From a virus (taxonomy: Duplodnaviria; Heunggongvirae; Uroviricota; Caudoviricetes), in the IMG/VR virus record IMGVR_UViG_3300037258_000931, positions 64,001-128,000 of that record: a stretch of 64,000 bases of DNA; one strand, 5' to 3'. Made by a program: the position numbers and the translations under genes. Position 1 is the first letter of the stretch; each line of letters starts with the position of its first letter. Positions 18,040-29,700 of this stretch are shown piece after piece. The notes below the pieces were generated by a model, which did no database searches, had not been told where the DNA came from, and was given only the letters and a program-made list of their open reading frames with translations.

Positions 18040-19275
18040 GTGGCTTTTTCAAACATGATTCAAGAGCTGCTGGGGATTCCGGGGGTCAACTTCGGTTTGG
18101 CTAAGACCAAGCTGAACGAAGCCTTTACCGCGATCCAGAACGAGCACGTGTGGAGCTTTCAGCTCCAGACGGCCGGCTGGCTCACGCCCGGTTTGCTGGG
18201 CGGCCCTTCCGTCGAGTTCTTGAGTCCGGGAACGATTACGGTAACTCCGTTCACGAATACCATTCTGGGCGATGCTGCGGCGACGCAGGCGTGGCTGGGC
18301 GCGCTTATCAATCCGCCGATTTTGACTCAGCAGCAGATCCGGGTTCCTTACTACAGCTTGTACAGCATCATCGCGGTGGCCAGTGCGGACACGGTCGCCT
18401 ATCTGACCGTAGATACGCCGGGCTCGGGGCAAACCACGGGCACCTACATCGTGAACGCCGTAGGAACGCCGGGCTCGGGGGCGCAGGCTCAGATTGTGGT
18501 GAACGCGGACGGCGAGGTCACAGAGACCCCGGTAGTGGTAAGTCAAGGCTCGGGATATACGAGCGCTCCGACATTCACCCTGACAGCCGGAGGCACGCCG
18601 GCCACGTTTACGGCAATCCTGAATGCCGTTCTTACCATCGACCGGCCATGGATGGAGCCGCAGCAGGTCAACGGCACCTACATGGTTTACCAGGCATATT
18701 ATGCGGCGCCGGCCGGGTTCAAGCGCTGGTACAACATTCGCGACACAACCAACAACAACCCGATGGACTTTTGGAGCAAGACGCAGATTGACCTGGCCAA
18801 TGAGGACGCCGAGCGCACGGATTTCGATTTGCCTCTATATGTGGTTCCTTATGGGCCAGACACGCGGCCGGGCAGCGCGACTTATGGACAGATGCTCTTT
18901 GAGCTATGGCCGCACCCTATCACGCAACTGCCGTATACGTTCGGCTGCCAGACTAACTGGCCGACGCTGGTAAACCTTTCCGACACGCTTCCGTTTCCAC
19001 TGACCGACGAGATTGTGAAGTTGCGCGGATACGAGATGCTCTACCTCTGGAAGGAGTCCCAAAAGGGGGATGAGATGGAGCGCGGGTCTGGAGCGAACTG
19101 GGAATTTTTGGTGGGCGCGGCGAACGCGGAGTATCGGAATCGGCTGCAGCAGTTGAGCAATATGGACCGCAATCTTGTGGATCTCTATTTCACCAAGATG
19201 CAGCGGTTCCCGTCCGCGTACGGCGAGCCTTACGCAACGGAAACCGGCCAATTGAATGTGGGCGGATGGAACTAA
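18040..19275 (+). CDS. Putative head-tail adaptor with a Gly/Thr-rich insertion
   Basis: GTG after GGAG; synteny only. Confidence 0.45.
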   Translation: MAFSNMIQELLGIPGVNFGLAKTKLNEAFTAIQNEHVWSFQLQTAGWLTPGLLGGPSVEFLSPGTITVTPFTNTILGDAAATQAWLGALINPPILTQQQIRVPYYSLYSIIAVASADTVAYLTVDTPGSGQTTGTYIVNAVGTPGSGAQAQIVVNADGEVTETPVVVSQGSGYTSAPTFTLTAGGTPATFTAILNAVLTIDRPWMEPQQVNGTYMVYQAYYAAPAGFKRWYNIRDTTNNNPMDFWSKTQIDLANEDAERTDFDLPLYVVPYGPDTRPGSATYGQMLFELWPHPITQLPYTFGCQTNWPTLVNLSDTLPFPLTDEIVKLRGYEMLYLWKESQKGDEMERGSGANWEFLVGAANAEYRNRLQQLSNMDRNLVDLYFTKMQRFPSAYGEPYATETGQLNVGGWN

Positions 19276-19345
19276 AGATCCGGCGCCAACAATTACTCCG
19301 CCGATCTGGCGGGGAGTTTGGAAGCGAGATTTAAGGAGCAAACAG

Positions 19346-19759
19346 ATGCCAGGATATCCGGGATCGGGACAAGCTGCACTCATCCGCGAAAATCGGCAGG
19401 TCTTCCTGTTTCAGAACGAGACGATTCCGGCCGGCACGGTGAATTCGGCCAGCATTGCGGTGCAACTGGAGCGCATTCGCTCGCTGGCCTACCCCTGGGG
19501 CGTTTCGTTCGAAATCTACTTCACCGATTCGACCGGAGTAACCCCAGCCAATCCGGGCAATTTCGAAGTCGATGTGCAAACGGCGGATGTAGACGAGAAC
19601 ACGCATTACTGCACGATCAGTGCGCTCACTTCAGTTTCATCGCTCAACAGCTATTTTGTAGGGCGCATTGAACTGCCGCAGTTCTGGGCCAAGTATGTCC
19701 GCGTGTATCTGAAGACGCTAACCAACGCAGTGAACATCACCGCACTGGTGACCCGGTGA
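19346..19759 (+). CDS. Putative virion protein
   Basis: AAGGAG RBS. Confidence 0.6.
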   Translation: MPGYPGSGQAALIRENRQVFLFQNETIPAGTVNSASIAVQLERIRSLAYPWGVSFEIYFTDSTGVTPANPGNFEVDVQTADVDENTHYCTISALTSVSSLNSYFVGRIELPQFWAKYVRVYLKTLTNAVNITALVTR

Positions 19760-19763
19760 CGCC

Positions 19764-22370
19764 ATGAAGCGATTTCTCATTCTACTTTTTCTGACGGCCG
19801 GCCCGATGATGGCGGGCGGTCAGGTAATCGTGGGCAATTTTGGGGTGCAGTACGTCTACTCGGCGCCATCCGGGTCATGTAGCTCGACGGCGCCCATGCA
19901 GATTGTGGTGGGCTCAGGCTCGGTGTACACGTGCCAGAACGGAAACTGGGGTCAACTGGCGAACGGTGGCGGCGGATTTCCGATCACCATCGGGAGCACC
20001 TCAATCGGCAGCGGCTCTACGACGACAACCATCGCGGGCCTTACCCTTTCAGGACCGACCCTTTCGGGGACCGTGACTTTCTCCAGCATTACCGGATCGA
20101 CGCAGTGCCTGCACGTGAATTCGAGCGGCGTGATTTCCGGAACAGGATCAGACTGCGGCGGCAGCGGCGGAAGTCCTGGCGGATCGAATACGCAACTCCA
20201 ATTTAATAATTCTGGAGCCTTTGGGGGAACGGCAGACTACACGTATGTGACGCACACGCTGGCGGGCGGCGCGTCGGCAATCCTGGATATGAGTGCTGGT
20301 ACGGAGAAGATGCCGTCTTCGGCGGCCTACGGGCCCACGACCGCTGCCTTGTTCGGCTATGACTCGACGAATAACAGAATGGTGCTGGGCAATGGAACCA
20401 ACACCAGCTATATGCCCTGGTTTGTGACGGCGCCGACTTCAGGCGACGCGGTCACGTGGAGCGGCACATTGGGGCTGCTGGGCGATGCGGGCGGCGCGCC
20501 TGCGCTGCTGAATGGCTCGAATACCTTCAGCGCTCTGAATGTATTCACCGCGGGCATCAATCTAAGCGGCGCAAGTTCGCCACTTGAAGTGGCCGGAAGC
20601 GCCGGTTCCAGCGGCAACTGCTTTATCTCCGGAGGCGCAAGCGTGACGCCGAGCTGGGGAAGTTGCGGCGGTGGAACGACGACCAACGCGCTGACAATGA
20701 ACAATTCAGGTTCAGGTGCGGCTTCTGGTACGACATTCAATGGCAGCGCGGCGGAGACGATTTCGTACAACACTGTCGGAGCATCGCCGCTGGCGGGCAG
20801 CACAAGCCTGACTACGGTGGGCACGATTGGGACGGGCACGTGGCAGGGATCGCCGGTCGCGGTGGCCTACGGTGGCACCGGCACGGCCACGCCCGGCCTT
20901 GTTGCCGGGACCAATGTGACGATCACCGGCTCGTGGCCCAACCAGACGATCAACAGCACGGCGGCCGGGACCGGGACCGTGACCAGCGTTGCGCAGACCT
21001 TCACCGGCGGCCTGATCTCTGTGTCGGGATCGCCCGTCACCACGAGCGGCACGCTGGCGCTGACCGTGGCCGGCACATCCGGCGGCATCCCTTATTTCTC
21101 CAGCACGAGCGCCTGGGCGTCTTCGGCGGCGCTTCCTTCTGGAGATTTTGTTCTCGGCGGCGGCGCAGGCTCCGCACCGACAGCGACCTTCTCAATCGTT
21201 ACGGCGGCCAAGGGCGGCACAGGCGTAGCCAACACCAATACACTCACCCTCCCCGCCTTCAACGTGACGCTGACCGACCCTGGGACGACGGCGGGAATTC
21301 CGATGCAGGCAACCGCCTCTCACGGGCTGGCTCCTTCGGCTGGCACCTTCACCAACGGCGACTCTTGCACGTGGGCGACCAGCACGGGGCTGTCGTGCAA
21401 TTCCACGGCAGGGGCAGGAACCATGACAGACGGCAGCGGCACCACTACCGCCGGATACTTCGCCATCAGCAGCACGAGCGCCCACGCCTACACCGTGGAT
21501 ACCAACATCGACGACGGCCACACGACAGCCAACACGCTCACCTATTCAGGCACGGGCGGCATCGACGCTTCAGGTGGGCCGCTGACCTCGGGACCGCCAT
21601 CTGGCGGTGTGGGATCACAGGCTTTCTTTTCTCAAGAGGGAACCGTCCCCAGCGGTTTGACTGCCAGCGGGCAGGACAATATCTACGCCGACTCAACGCA
21701 GCACGGTCTGCTGTCCAGCTTTGATGGCGGCGCTACCTTGCCGCTTGTGCAAGGGCCTGCCTCAGACACCAGCGGTCACGTTGCGACGTGGAGCGGGACC
21801 AACGGCGGCAAGCTGGTGGACGGCGGTGCGCTGCCCACGGTCACCGGCGGAACCTGCACCAATCAGGCAGTGACGGCCATCAGCGGTTCAGCGGTCCCGA
21901 CCTGCACAACCGTGACCGGCGCATACATGGCCTCCAACACGGTCACATCCACTCAGACGGCCGTAGTCAACACTCGTCGCGTTTGCGATATCCCGGTGGG
22001 CGACGAATCGGCCAGCGCAATTGTGAACGCGCAGCTCGGCCCGCAGAAGCGGCTGTGTTATATCCCGGCGGCATCGACGATTGTTGAGATGGACGTGTCG
22101 GCGGATGGCGGCACGCCGAATGTGATTGTCGGAAACGATGCGGCGGGAACGGTGACGAACATTGTCTCGGCGGCGCTGGCGACGGCGGCCTCGGGCGGAA
22201 TCGCCTGCTCCAACACGGGCGGCACAACCGGCATTGACGGCGCTACAACCTGCTCAGCGACCCTGCAGAACACTTCTCTCGCGGCAGGGTCTTATCTCGA
22301 ACTGGTGAGCGGCACGGCTGGCGGAACAGCCAAGCTGATGACCATCCACATCATTTACGTGGTGAACTAA
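19764..22370 (+). CDS. Fibre-like Gly/Ser/Thr-rich protein with signal peptide and paired cysteines
   Basis: MKRFLILLFLTAGPMMAG N-terminus; VAxGGTG fibre-type repeats; repeated Cys pairs 10-17 aa apart. Confidence 0.65.
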   Translation: MKRFLILLFLTAGPMMAGGQVIVGNFGVQYVYSAPSGSCSSTAPMQIVVGSGSVYTCQNGNWGQLANGGGGFPITIGSTSIGSGSTTTTIAGLTLSGPTLSGTVTFSSITGSTQCLHVNSSGVISGTGSDCGGSGGSPGGSNTQLQFNNSGAFGGTADYTYVTHTLAGGASAILDMSAGTEKMPSSAAYGPTTAALFGYDSTNNRMVLGNGTNTSYMPWFVTAPTSGDAVTWSGTLGLLGDAGGAPALLNGSNTFSALNVFTAGINLSGASSPLEVAGSAGSSGNCFISGGASVTPSWGSCGGGTTTNALTMNNSGSGAASGTTFNGSAAETISYNTVGASPLAGSTSLTTVGTIGTGTWQGSPVAVAYGGTGTATPGLVAGTNVTITGSWPNQTINSTAAGTGTVTSVAQTFTGGLISVSGSPVTTSGTLALTVAGTSGGIPYFSSTSAWASSAALPSGDFVLGGGAGSAPTATFSIVTAAKGGTGVANTNTLTLPAFNVTLTDPGTTAGIPMQATASHGLAPSAGTFTNGDSCTWATSTGLSCNSTAGAGTMTDGSGTTTAGYFAISSTSAHAYTVDTNIDDGHTTANTLTYSGTGGIDASGGPLTSGPPSGGVGSQAFFSQEGTVPSGLTASGQDNIYADSTQHGLLSSFDGGATLPLVQGPASDTSGHVATWSGTNGGKLVDGGALPTVTGGTCTNQAVTAISGSAVPTCTTVTGAYMASNTVTSTQTAVVNTRRVCDIPVGDESASAIVNAQLGPQKRLCYIPAASTIVEMDVSADGGTPNVIVGNDAAGTVTNIVSAALATAASGGIACSNTGGTTGIDGATTCSATLQNTSLAAGSYLELVSGTAGGTAKLMTIHIIYVVN

Positions 22371-23866
22371 TGCTGAGACTGGTCTCCATTTTGTGTTTCG
22401 CATTCGCTTTGGCTGCTGGACAGGTTCGCATTCCTGGCCCTGGAGGGGAGAACCTTGCCGCCGCGCCCACCGTCACTCTAGCTGGCTTGTGCGATTCAGG
22501 GAATGTAGCCTCCACGACTTCAGGATGCACGTCATCTGGGCCGGGCGCGATTAGCGACGTGGTTTTCTTCAGCAGCAAGGCGCAGAACACATCAGGCACC
22601 GGCACGATGACACCGGCCGCAATCACAAACTGCCAAGACCCGCGCACGCCGGGGACGAACGAGTGGGTGATAATTCCGCCGAACACGAATGGCTCGGGAC
22701 AGGCGATTGATGCTGGGGCGGCCTACTGCGTTCTGACAGCCATCACGACTCCCACCGTGTCTGTGGTGTGGAGCGGCGTTTCCGCCTCGGCCACTCAGAC
22801 GCAGCTCTACGTCCTGCATTCCTCGAACGGCTGGAATCCCACCCTGCTCGACAGGTACATCACGACAGTGACGGCTTCGACCTCGACCTGTCCAACCGGA
22901 TCGACCAACACAACCACCAACCCTAACGACTACGTACTGGTCGTCTGCCGCACGCTGGCCACTAATGAGACCTGGGCGACCAATCCCTCGGGTTATGCGA
23001 AGCTGACGGCCACCGGGAACAATCGTACTGGAGTCTTCTCGCAGCTCGTGAGCGCGACCGGAGCGCAGGGAGCAACCGTCACCTTGTCAGCGAATGCTGC
23101 GACGAACGCGATGGCGCTCGCGCTGCAGACCGGCGCATCCGTGACCTGCTCTGGCTGCACCTACGATGCCGGAGTGAATTCCTCAGGGCAGACCATCAAT
23201 CACGATCAGCCGACGCTTTCAGGAGCCAAGAACGGTTCGACCGCCATTTACTTCGGCTGGTACGACAACGCGATACTGACCAATGGCGCAGTCACGATGA
23301 CCGACAACACCGCCCGGAATATCTGGTGCCCGTTCAACTCGGCTGCGTCCTGCTCGACGGTCGGCAGCACAGCTACGATGAACTCGCTGACGGTGGGCGG
23401 CAACTATTCGATGTATGCCTTTGTGGCTCCGGGAATCATCACAGGCAACGGAGTTTCAGGATCGCTGATTTACGAATCCGTTGCCTCGGATTGCTCTGTG
23501 TCGTGCGTGACGTTCATTGGCGGGACGGCTTCGGCGTGGAGTTTGGCGGGCGGGACGATTGAGGGCTCGTGTAATTCGTCTTCCGGCGCTACGTCGGGCA
23601 GCGGCACGAATAACGCGGCCTGCCCCGGACTGGTAACGACGACAGCCAACGACATTGTAGTTTGCGGAATCAAGGTGCCGGGCGGTTCCACGGTTACGGC
23701 AGGCACCTCTCCCGTGACATTCACCTTGCAGACCCAATCCCCGGCTGTGCAGTCAAACGGCGTCATCCTCAGCGGCATCATTCCGACGCCGGGGACTTAC
23801 ACGATCAACGCGACAATCGCAACAGCCAGCGTTTCGTACGGCATGATGTGCGTGGCAATCAAATGA
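22370..23866 (+). CDS. Ser/Thr/Cys-rich beta protein with signal peptide
   Basis: MLRLVSILCFAFALAAG N-terminus; TAATG coupling to the previous gene. Confidence 0.65.
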   Translation: MLRLVSILCFAFALAAGQVRIPGPGGENLAAAPTVTLAGLCDSGNVASTTSGCTSSGPGAISDVVFFSSKAQNTSGTGTMTPAAITNCQDPRTPGTNEWVIIPPNTNGSGQAIDAGAAYCVLTAITTPTVSVVWSGVSASATQTQLYVLHSSNGWNPTLLDRYITTVTASTSTCPTGSTNTTTNPNDYVLVVCRTLATNETWATNPSGYAKLTATGNNRTGVFSQLVSATGAQGATVTLSANAATNAMALALQTGASVTCSGCTYDAGVNSSGQTINHDQPTLSGAKNGSTAIYFGWYDNAILTNGAVTMTDNTARNIWCPFNSAASCSTVGSTATMNSLTVGGNYSMYAFVAPGIITGNGVSGSLIYESVASDCSVSCVTFIGGTASAWSLAGGTIEGSCNSSSGATSGSGTNNAACPGLVTTTANDIVVCGIKVPGGSTVTAGTSPVTFTLQTQSPAVQSNGVILSGIIPTPGTYTINATIATASVSYGMMCVAIK

Positions 23867-25380
23867 GAAAAATCTTCCTCTCTCTCGTCTTCATTCTCGC
23901 GCTGCTGCTTCCTGTGCCGGTCTTCGCGACCTGCCACGCCGTTGGTCCGTCCTCAACTGGAGGCGGCACGGGAGCGGACTGGAACGACATGGAAACACTG
24001 CCTACGACTCTTGCGCGCGGGGACATCTATTATCTGGCGGACGGGGTGTACGGCAATCACCTGACTATTAGCGGTACTTCTGGTTCGACCGGATCGGCGG
24101 AGTTGCGCAAGGCTCAGAGTTACGATTACGGCTCGACCTGCTCTCCGTCTATCGGGGCTGGATGGAGCACTGGAACTATGGGATCAGCGCAGGCTATCTG
24201 GCGGTCTACGGGATCGGGGCAGATCATCGGCGCAATCCCTGCGAATATCACCTTCAACGGCAACGGAAACAACGCGGGCACCAGCGAAGTCGGATGCGGT
24301 GGAGTGGACGCCAATCCCGCTCCATCGCAGAGCGATTATATGTCAGCAACCTACGGCCAGACCCCTTCCGCCTGCGGAATCCTGATCGACGATTCTACCT
24401 GCACCTCAACAGCAACGGATGGCTGCGATGGTGGAAGCGGAGTCATCAAGGGCGGCGGCGCGAATATTGTCTGGGAGTCGGTGGAATGGTTTGGGCAGGG
24501 CTTGAACTCAAACGGCAACAACAACTCTGAAACCTACTTCTGGTTTGCCAACGGCGGAACTCTTACCAACGTCACCCTCAGCCATAACTACTTTCACAAC
24601 GCCAGCACAACCTATTTCACCATCGTGACCGGCGGTTGGAATGGCGGAAGTTTCGACCACAACTACGTGTGGGGAGTCTACGACGGTTCGGTCAATCACG
24701 GCGAGGCGATTCAGTTCCAAGGCAGCAACGGGTCCAGCGGAACGCCGGACTACATCCACCACAACCTCTTTCGCGACCAGCAAACCAACGGCGATGTGGT
24801 AGGAGTCTCGACCGGCAACCAGGACCACATCTATCTCTACGCCAACGCCGATATCTGCTCCTCTGGCGGGACCAGCACAACCTGCCGCCACAATGATGGA
24901 TGGATCGGCTGCTTCCAGTCTGGCAACAACTGCGTGGCGACCAACTACTTCGTCTTCAACAATACGTTGGCGTTCCCGGCGAACTGCGGTTCGGTCATCA
25001 ACTCTGGCAGCAGCCTGACCTACAACAACAATCTCTACTACGGCTGCTCAGGCTCAAGCAACGGCGGCGGAGCGACGTACACGCAGGATTACAACACGTA
25101 TCTCAACTCCGGGTCCGGAGATGGCGGCGCGCATTCTGTGGCAGTCACTTCAGGCGCGGCGAATCCGTTCACAAACGTCAATCTGGGAGTGCAGCTTTCC
25201 GCCGAAAGTTCGAACTACAACAATCGGCTAACCACATCCTACGGCGTGCCCAATGAGGGTGTGGACCTTTACGGAAATGCCTACACGACGGATCGCGGAG
25301 CGGCGCAGTACAACGGGAGCGCTCCGGGCGCACCGACACAGGTTTATGGGGTGGTTGTGCAGGGAGTAATCATTTACTAA
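23863..25380 (+). CDS. Right-handed beta-helix (pectate-lyase-like fold) protein with signal peptide
   Basis: MRKIFLSLVFILALLLPVPVFA; repeated N-x-T/F-x-H-N ladder (TNVTLSHNYFHN, FDHNYVW, IHHNLFRD, VFNNT, YNNNLYY). Confidence 0.7.
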   Translation: MRKIFLSLVFILALLLPVPVFATCHAVGPSSTGGGTGADWNDMETLPTTLARGDIYYLADGVYGNHLTISGTSGSTGSAELRKAQSYDYGSTCSPSIGAGWSTGTMGSAQAIWRSTGSGQIIGAIPANITFNGNGNNAGTSEVGCGGVDANPAPSQSDYMSATYGQTPSACGILIDDSTCTSTATDGCDGGSGVIKGGGANIVWESVEWFGQGLNSNGNNNSETYFWFANGGTLTNVTLSHNYFHNASTTYFTIVTGGWNGGSFDHNYVWGVYDGSVNHGEAIQFQGSNGSSGTPDYIHHNLFRDQQTNGDVVGVSTGNQDHIYLYANADICSSGGTSTTCRHNDGWIGCFQSGNNCVATNYFVFNNTLAFPANCGSVINSGSSLTYNNNLYYGCSGSSNGGGATYTQDYNTYLNSGSGDGGAHSVAVTSGAANPFTNVNLGVQLSAESSNYNNRLTTSYGVPNEGVDLYGNAYTTDRGAAQYNGSAPGAPTQVYGVVVQGVIIY

Positions 25381-25389
25381 GGAGGATTT

Positions 25390-25860
25390 ATGAAGTATGT
25401 TTTGAGCTTTCTGAGTTTCACGATGTTGCTGTTTCTGTGTGCCGGCTGCCAGGCGCAGGTGCCGCAGGTTAAATGGCAGGTCAACCTAAACCTTACCGCT
25501 CCGACGACATGCACCACGGCCAAGCCATGCACCTACGACTACAGCCGCGCGGCTGGAACCATTTGCCCGGCCACCACCGGCACGGCTTACGCGCTGGTGG
25601 GCACTACGGCCTCGCAGGTGACCACTTATGCGGACACCGGCGTGACGGCGGGGCAGAGCTACTGCTACATCGCGCAGACGATTCAGGCCGGCGCTCCGAG
25701 CGCCCCTTCGCTGCCGTCGAACGTCGTTCCGGTTCCCGCCAATCCAGCAGCTCCGGGCGCGCCATCTGCATCTATCGCGCAAGAAGTCTCCATGGTTGAG
25801 CAGCAGGATAAAACGCAGGCGGCTGAGACTGTAAGCATGCCGCTGGATGCAGGACTGTAA
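25390..25860 (+). CDS. Fibronectin-III-like protein with signal peptide
   Basis: AAGGAGG RBS; hydrophobic N-terminus; TTYADTGVTAGQSYCY FN3-type motif. Confidence 0.65.
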   Translation: MKYVLSFLSFTMLLFLCAGCQAQVPQVKWQVNLNLTAPTTCTTAKPCTYDYSRAAGTICPATTGTAYALVGTTASQVTTYADTGVTAGQSYCYIAQTIQAGAPSAPSLPSNVVPVPANPAAPGAPSASIAQEVSMVEQQDKTQAAETVSMPLDAGL

Positions 25861-25900
25861 TTTTTGCTCAGAGAAGCAAATTTAATCAAGGGGCCTTGGG

Positions 25901-26443
25901 ATGGCAGACGACCAGTTGCCGCGTTGGATCAAGGAGATGATTATGGAGGAAGTCTCCAAACAACTGCAGGCCAGGATTGAGCCGATAAAGGCTATGCTGG
26001 AGAGCCTCAATCGATGGAAGCTATCGTTGTGGAGCAATGGCAGCGGGGGCCCTCCTGGATACCTAGAGATGGCACGCGACGAAGACGATAAGCGGTACGA
26101 GGATCTGCAGAGCCAGCAACGGAGCATGGTGGCCGATGTAAAAACAACTACCGAGTACATCATCCTGCTCAAGGAGCGCGAGGACCGAAAGGAAAAGCGC
26201 AGCGAAGCCGTGAGGCAGTTCTGGTCCAGGATCGGATGGAAGATCGGAGCCGGCGTGGGAACGCTGCTGCTGGGCGCAGGCATCTGGCTCTATCATGAAA
26301 TTACGCCGATCGCAAAAATTCTCTGGGAGGATTATCTGAACGCGCATCCTATCGCCATGCGAAAGATCGATAAACTCTCGACTAATTTTGACCCGGCGGC
26401 ACCCTACCCGCAGCCGTCGGCACCTATTGCGCCGAAGCCGTAG
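25901..26443 (+). CDS. Coiled-coil protein with one C-proximal TM segment
   Basis: IGWKIGAGVGTLLLGAGIWLY hydrophobic segment. Confidence 0.6.
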   Translation: MADDQLPRWIKEMIMEEVSKQLQARIEPIKAMLESLNRWKLSLWSNGSGGPPGYLEMARDEDDKRYEDLQSQQRSMVADVKTTTEYIILLKEREDRKEKRSEAVRQFWSRIGWKIGAGVGTLLLGAGIWLYHEITPIAKILWEDYLNAHPIAMRKIDKLSTNFDPAAPYPQPSAPIAPKP

Positions 26444-26567
26444 GGATCGACATTATCGATCGATTCCGGAGGATGTCGCATACCAGACCAGTTAGCGGCC
26501 CCCATCGTCGACGGCGATGCGAAAAGGACGAGACGCACCGCCGAAACCGGTTTAATATAGAGCGAAT

Positions 26568-26677
26568 ACGAGCGACATGCCCCCCGCAAGGCAGTGAACG
26601 GTGCCCAGTGCACAGTGAGCAGCCCAAGGGAAAAAGCAATGGCTCAGGCCCAGCAATGGGACTGGGTCATTTTTTTT
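26568..26677 (+). ncRNA. Structured cis-regulatory RNA element, copy 4 (expanded variable stem)
   Basis: Shares CGAATACGAGCGACATGCCCCCC with copy 2; AATGGCTCAG..CCA GCAA TGG..CTGGGTCATTTTTTTT. Confidence 0.7.
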
Positions 26678-26737
26678 GCATCCCGGCGATCGGTTGAAGC
26701 GGCGGGAAATCTGGTTTTTGCGGGCGGTCGCGCGGCG

Positions 26738-29700
26738 ATGAATTGGAACAAGAAAATTAAGACGTGGATGTGGGCGGCGGTTCTGGTGTGCGGCAGCCGG
26801 CTGGCTGGAGCGCAGACTAGCGCGGTGAACGGCTATTGCAATCAGGGGGCAACCTCGGCGGTTACATCTGGCCTGAAGTCGGCGAATTATTTACAGGGCC
26901 AGATCCCGCAGTGCACCGTAACGGTCTATCTGACCGGCACCGTGAATCTGGCAACAATTTATTCCGACGGTGCCGGGGGAACACTTACCAACCCTTTCAC
27001 GGCCAGCGGCAACGCGAGTTATGTGTTTTACGCCGCCAACGGAATCGGCCTGGATGTTACTAAAAGCGGCGGGATACCTCCTAATGTTTACCAGGCTCCG
27101 GTGACGGACGTGGACGTGATCCCGGGCGGAGGTAGCGGCGGTGGTGGAGGGTCGGTTGAGCCCGGCAATACCAATCAGGCGGCTACTTATCCTTCCTCGG
27201 GCACGACGGTGAGCGGCAGCAGTTCATTAAACCTGGCTTCGACGATTCGGGCAGTAGGCGTTCAGGACAACCTGGTGAAGATGCCGTATTACACGTGGGT
27301 TTGCGGTTTAGGCGCCAGCGATGAAGGGACCGCTACCGATAACTGTGTTGCGACAGACATTTCGAACGGGGTAAAGGGCCGTACCTATGCGCCGAGCACG
27401 AATGCCAGCGCGGTGACTTGGGTTGAGAGCCCGTTTGCGGCGCTTTCGGTCTCAAGCGGGCAGCCTCCGGAACTGGGTTCTTTTCAGTTGCGGCTGGTTC
27501 CAAATTTGACGGTGACGACCGACGCTGAGGTGGACCTGGGCTTCGATTCTCTGCTGGACTGCGGCAACGGCTACGCGGGCGGCGGCGGACCCGGCTCTGC
27601 CGGCACATATATTCTGCCGGAGGCGAGCGGGTATCCGACGTCGACGCTGATCGGGCTCGGCTCGTTGGCGACGAACGCTACCGCCTTCGCGGTGCAGGGC
27701 TCGAAACTGGTGAACTGCGGCCTTTCTGCAAACGGCCGTACAGGTATGACGGCGGTGGATGAGTCGCAGGTACAGGAAGGCGCCAAGGCGGTCAACAACC
27801 GCATGTTCGGCTTCCAGATCTGCTTTAACGACGACGCTAACGCGACTGACGGCGGCGCGTTCCATTTCTGGGGCAACTTCGACAACCAGTGCGAGATGGG
27901 CGACAACACCGATTCGACGGTGTGGGGCGCACGATACGGCTATAACAAGCAGGGGGTAGAGGCTGGGATCATTCAGAACTTTTCTGCCATCGCGGGAGCC
28001 AACTCGAATGGCACTGTCAAAATCGGCGTCGAGAACGACAGCTCCGGCCTGTCTATCTTCAACATGACCACGGAATCTCTGACCTACGGCGTTCTCAACA
28101 ACGCCGCCCACTCCAGCGGCAAAAGCGGGAACTTGTTCGTGAATGTAGGATGCTCGCCGGCTAATTCTGCGTCTTCGATCTGCGGGGAGGACGATAACGC
28201 AGGGCCTGACTGGGGTTCTATCTGGATGAACATTCAGGGGGCCAACACTGACTTTCTGCAATTAAACGAACCTCGGGCGGTGGTGAGGTCTCTCCACGGT
28301 GACCCGGGGCTCGGATTCTATGCCTTTGACGCAGCGGCAAACACCGGCAACGCCACGGTGCTGACCAACTCGCCACAGGTTGCGAACTCGAATCTGAAAT
28401 TCGGAGATTCCTACCCCAACCTTGCAGCGTGGCCCAGCGTCTACCTTCCCGCCAAAACCGTAACCCTGACCATCGGCGGACAGACCTTCATCGCCGACGA
28501 GTACATGACCACTTCAGACGTTTCGGCTGGAACCTTGCCGGACGGAGTGGCCTCGAACGGCGACCCTGCGGCAGAGACAAGCGCTCCGCATTCGATGGCT
28601 TTGGTACGGACGGGTCCGGTGCCGGTGATCTTCGACGGAGCGACCACGGCCAACGACTGGGCGGTGTTGAGCACGGGAACTGTGATCGGCTCCGCGGTGG
28701 GCGCTCACGACAGCGGCTCGACCCTTCCACCGGCAAGCGGCGGCTACCTGGGCAAGATCGGACTCTCAGTAGCCGCTGCGCCCCCGGCACCTACCGCCCC
28801 AACCATCACCACAACCTGCTCGGGAACCTGCGCGACGACTTACTCTTATTGCTGGGTGCAGAAGGCTACGATGGACCCTGTGGACGGCACGCAGTCGGCG
28901 TGCTCGACGGCAGGAACGGTTTCCGGTTCCGCTCTGCTGACCTTCACTTCTTACAACACGATCTCAGCCTGCACGACGGCTAGCGGCACGTCTCCCTGCG
29001 AGCTCTACGAGACGGCTGGCCCGTCTCCAGGCTGGCTGGTTGAAACGATATCGTCGGCAACGACCGTCAAGGATAACGGGTTGATTGGCGTGACGATTCC
29101 CGGCCTCCCTTCCGCGGTGGGCATCATCGCGCCGCCGGTCCACATGGAGATGGGCGCGACGGCTATCATCCCCGACGCCACCAACAGCAGCACCGGCCTG
29201 GTGCAGTGCGATGGCTCAACGATTGTGTGTAATTCAGGCGGAGTAGTCACCACAGGGCCGGGCGCGATCATGCCGTACTACTGGAACAGCCAGGGAAACT
29301 CTACCGGCGTCTCCTTCTCAATCGTCGCCAACAGTCAGTACGCGATCCCTTATCCGATCACCGCGCAGGTAACCTTCAAAGAGCTTTGCGTGAACGTGAA
29401 TACATTGGATTCAGGAGGAGGATTGTACGGGCTGGCTCTGGTGAAGCTTACGGTGCCTTCCTGCACAGGAGCGGCCTGCGCGGCGACCACAGAGGCCCAC
29501 TGGTCAGCACAGACTTTATCGGCTACCGGACCGTTCTGCGCCGCCAACGCCGAAGGGACTGTGACGGTGACACCGGGGATGTACTACATGGTGACCACGG
29601 GCAGCGCCACCACCGCGCAATGGTCTGAAACCAACGCATCGAACACCCAATTCTCGCCGCTCACCGACGCCTCGGCAGGTACAAGTTCAGGAGGAGTATT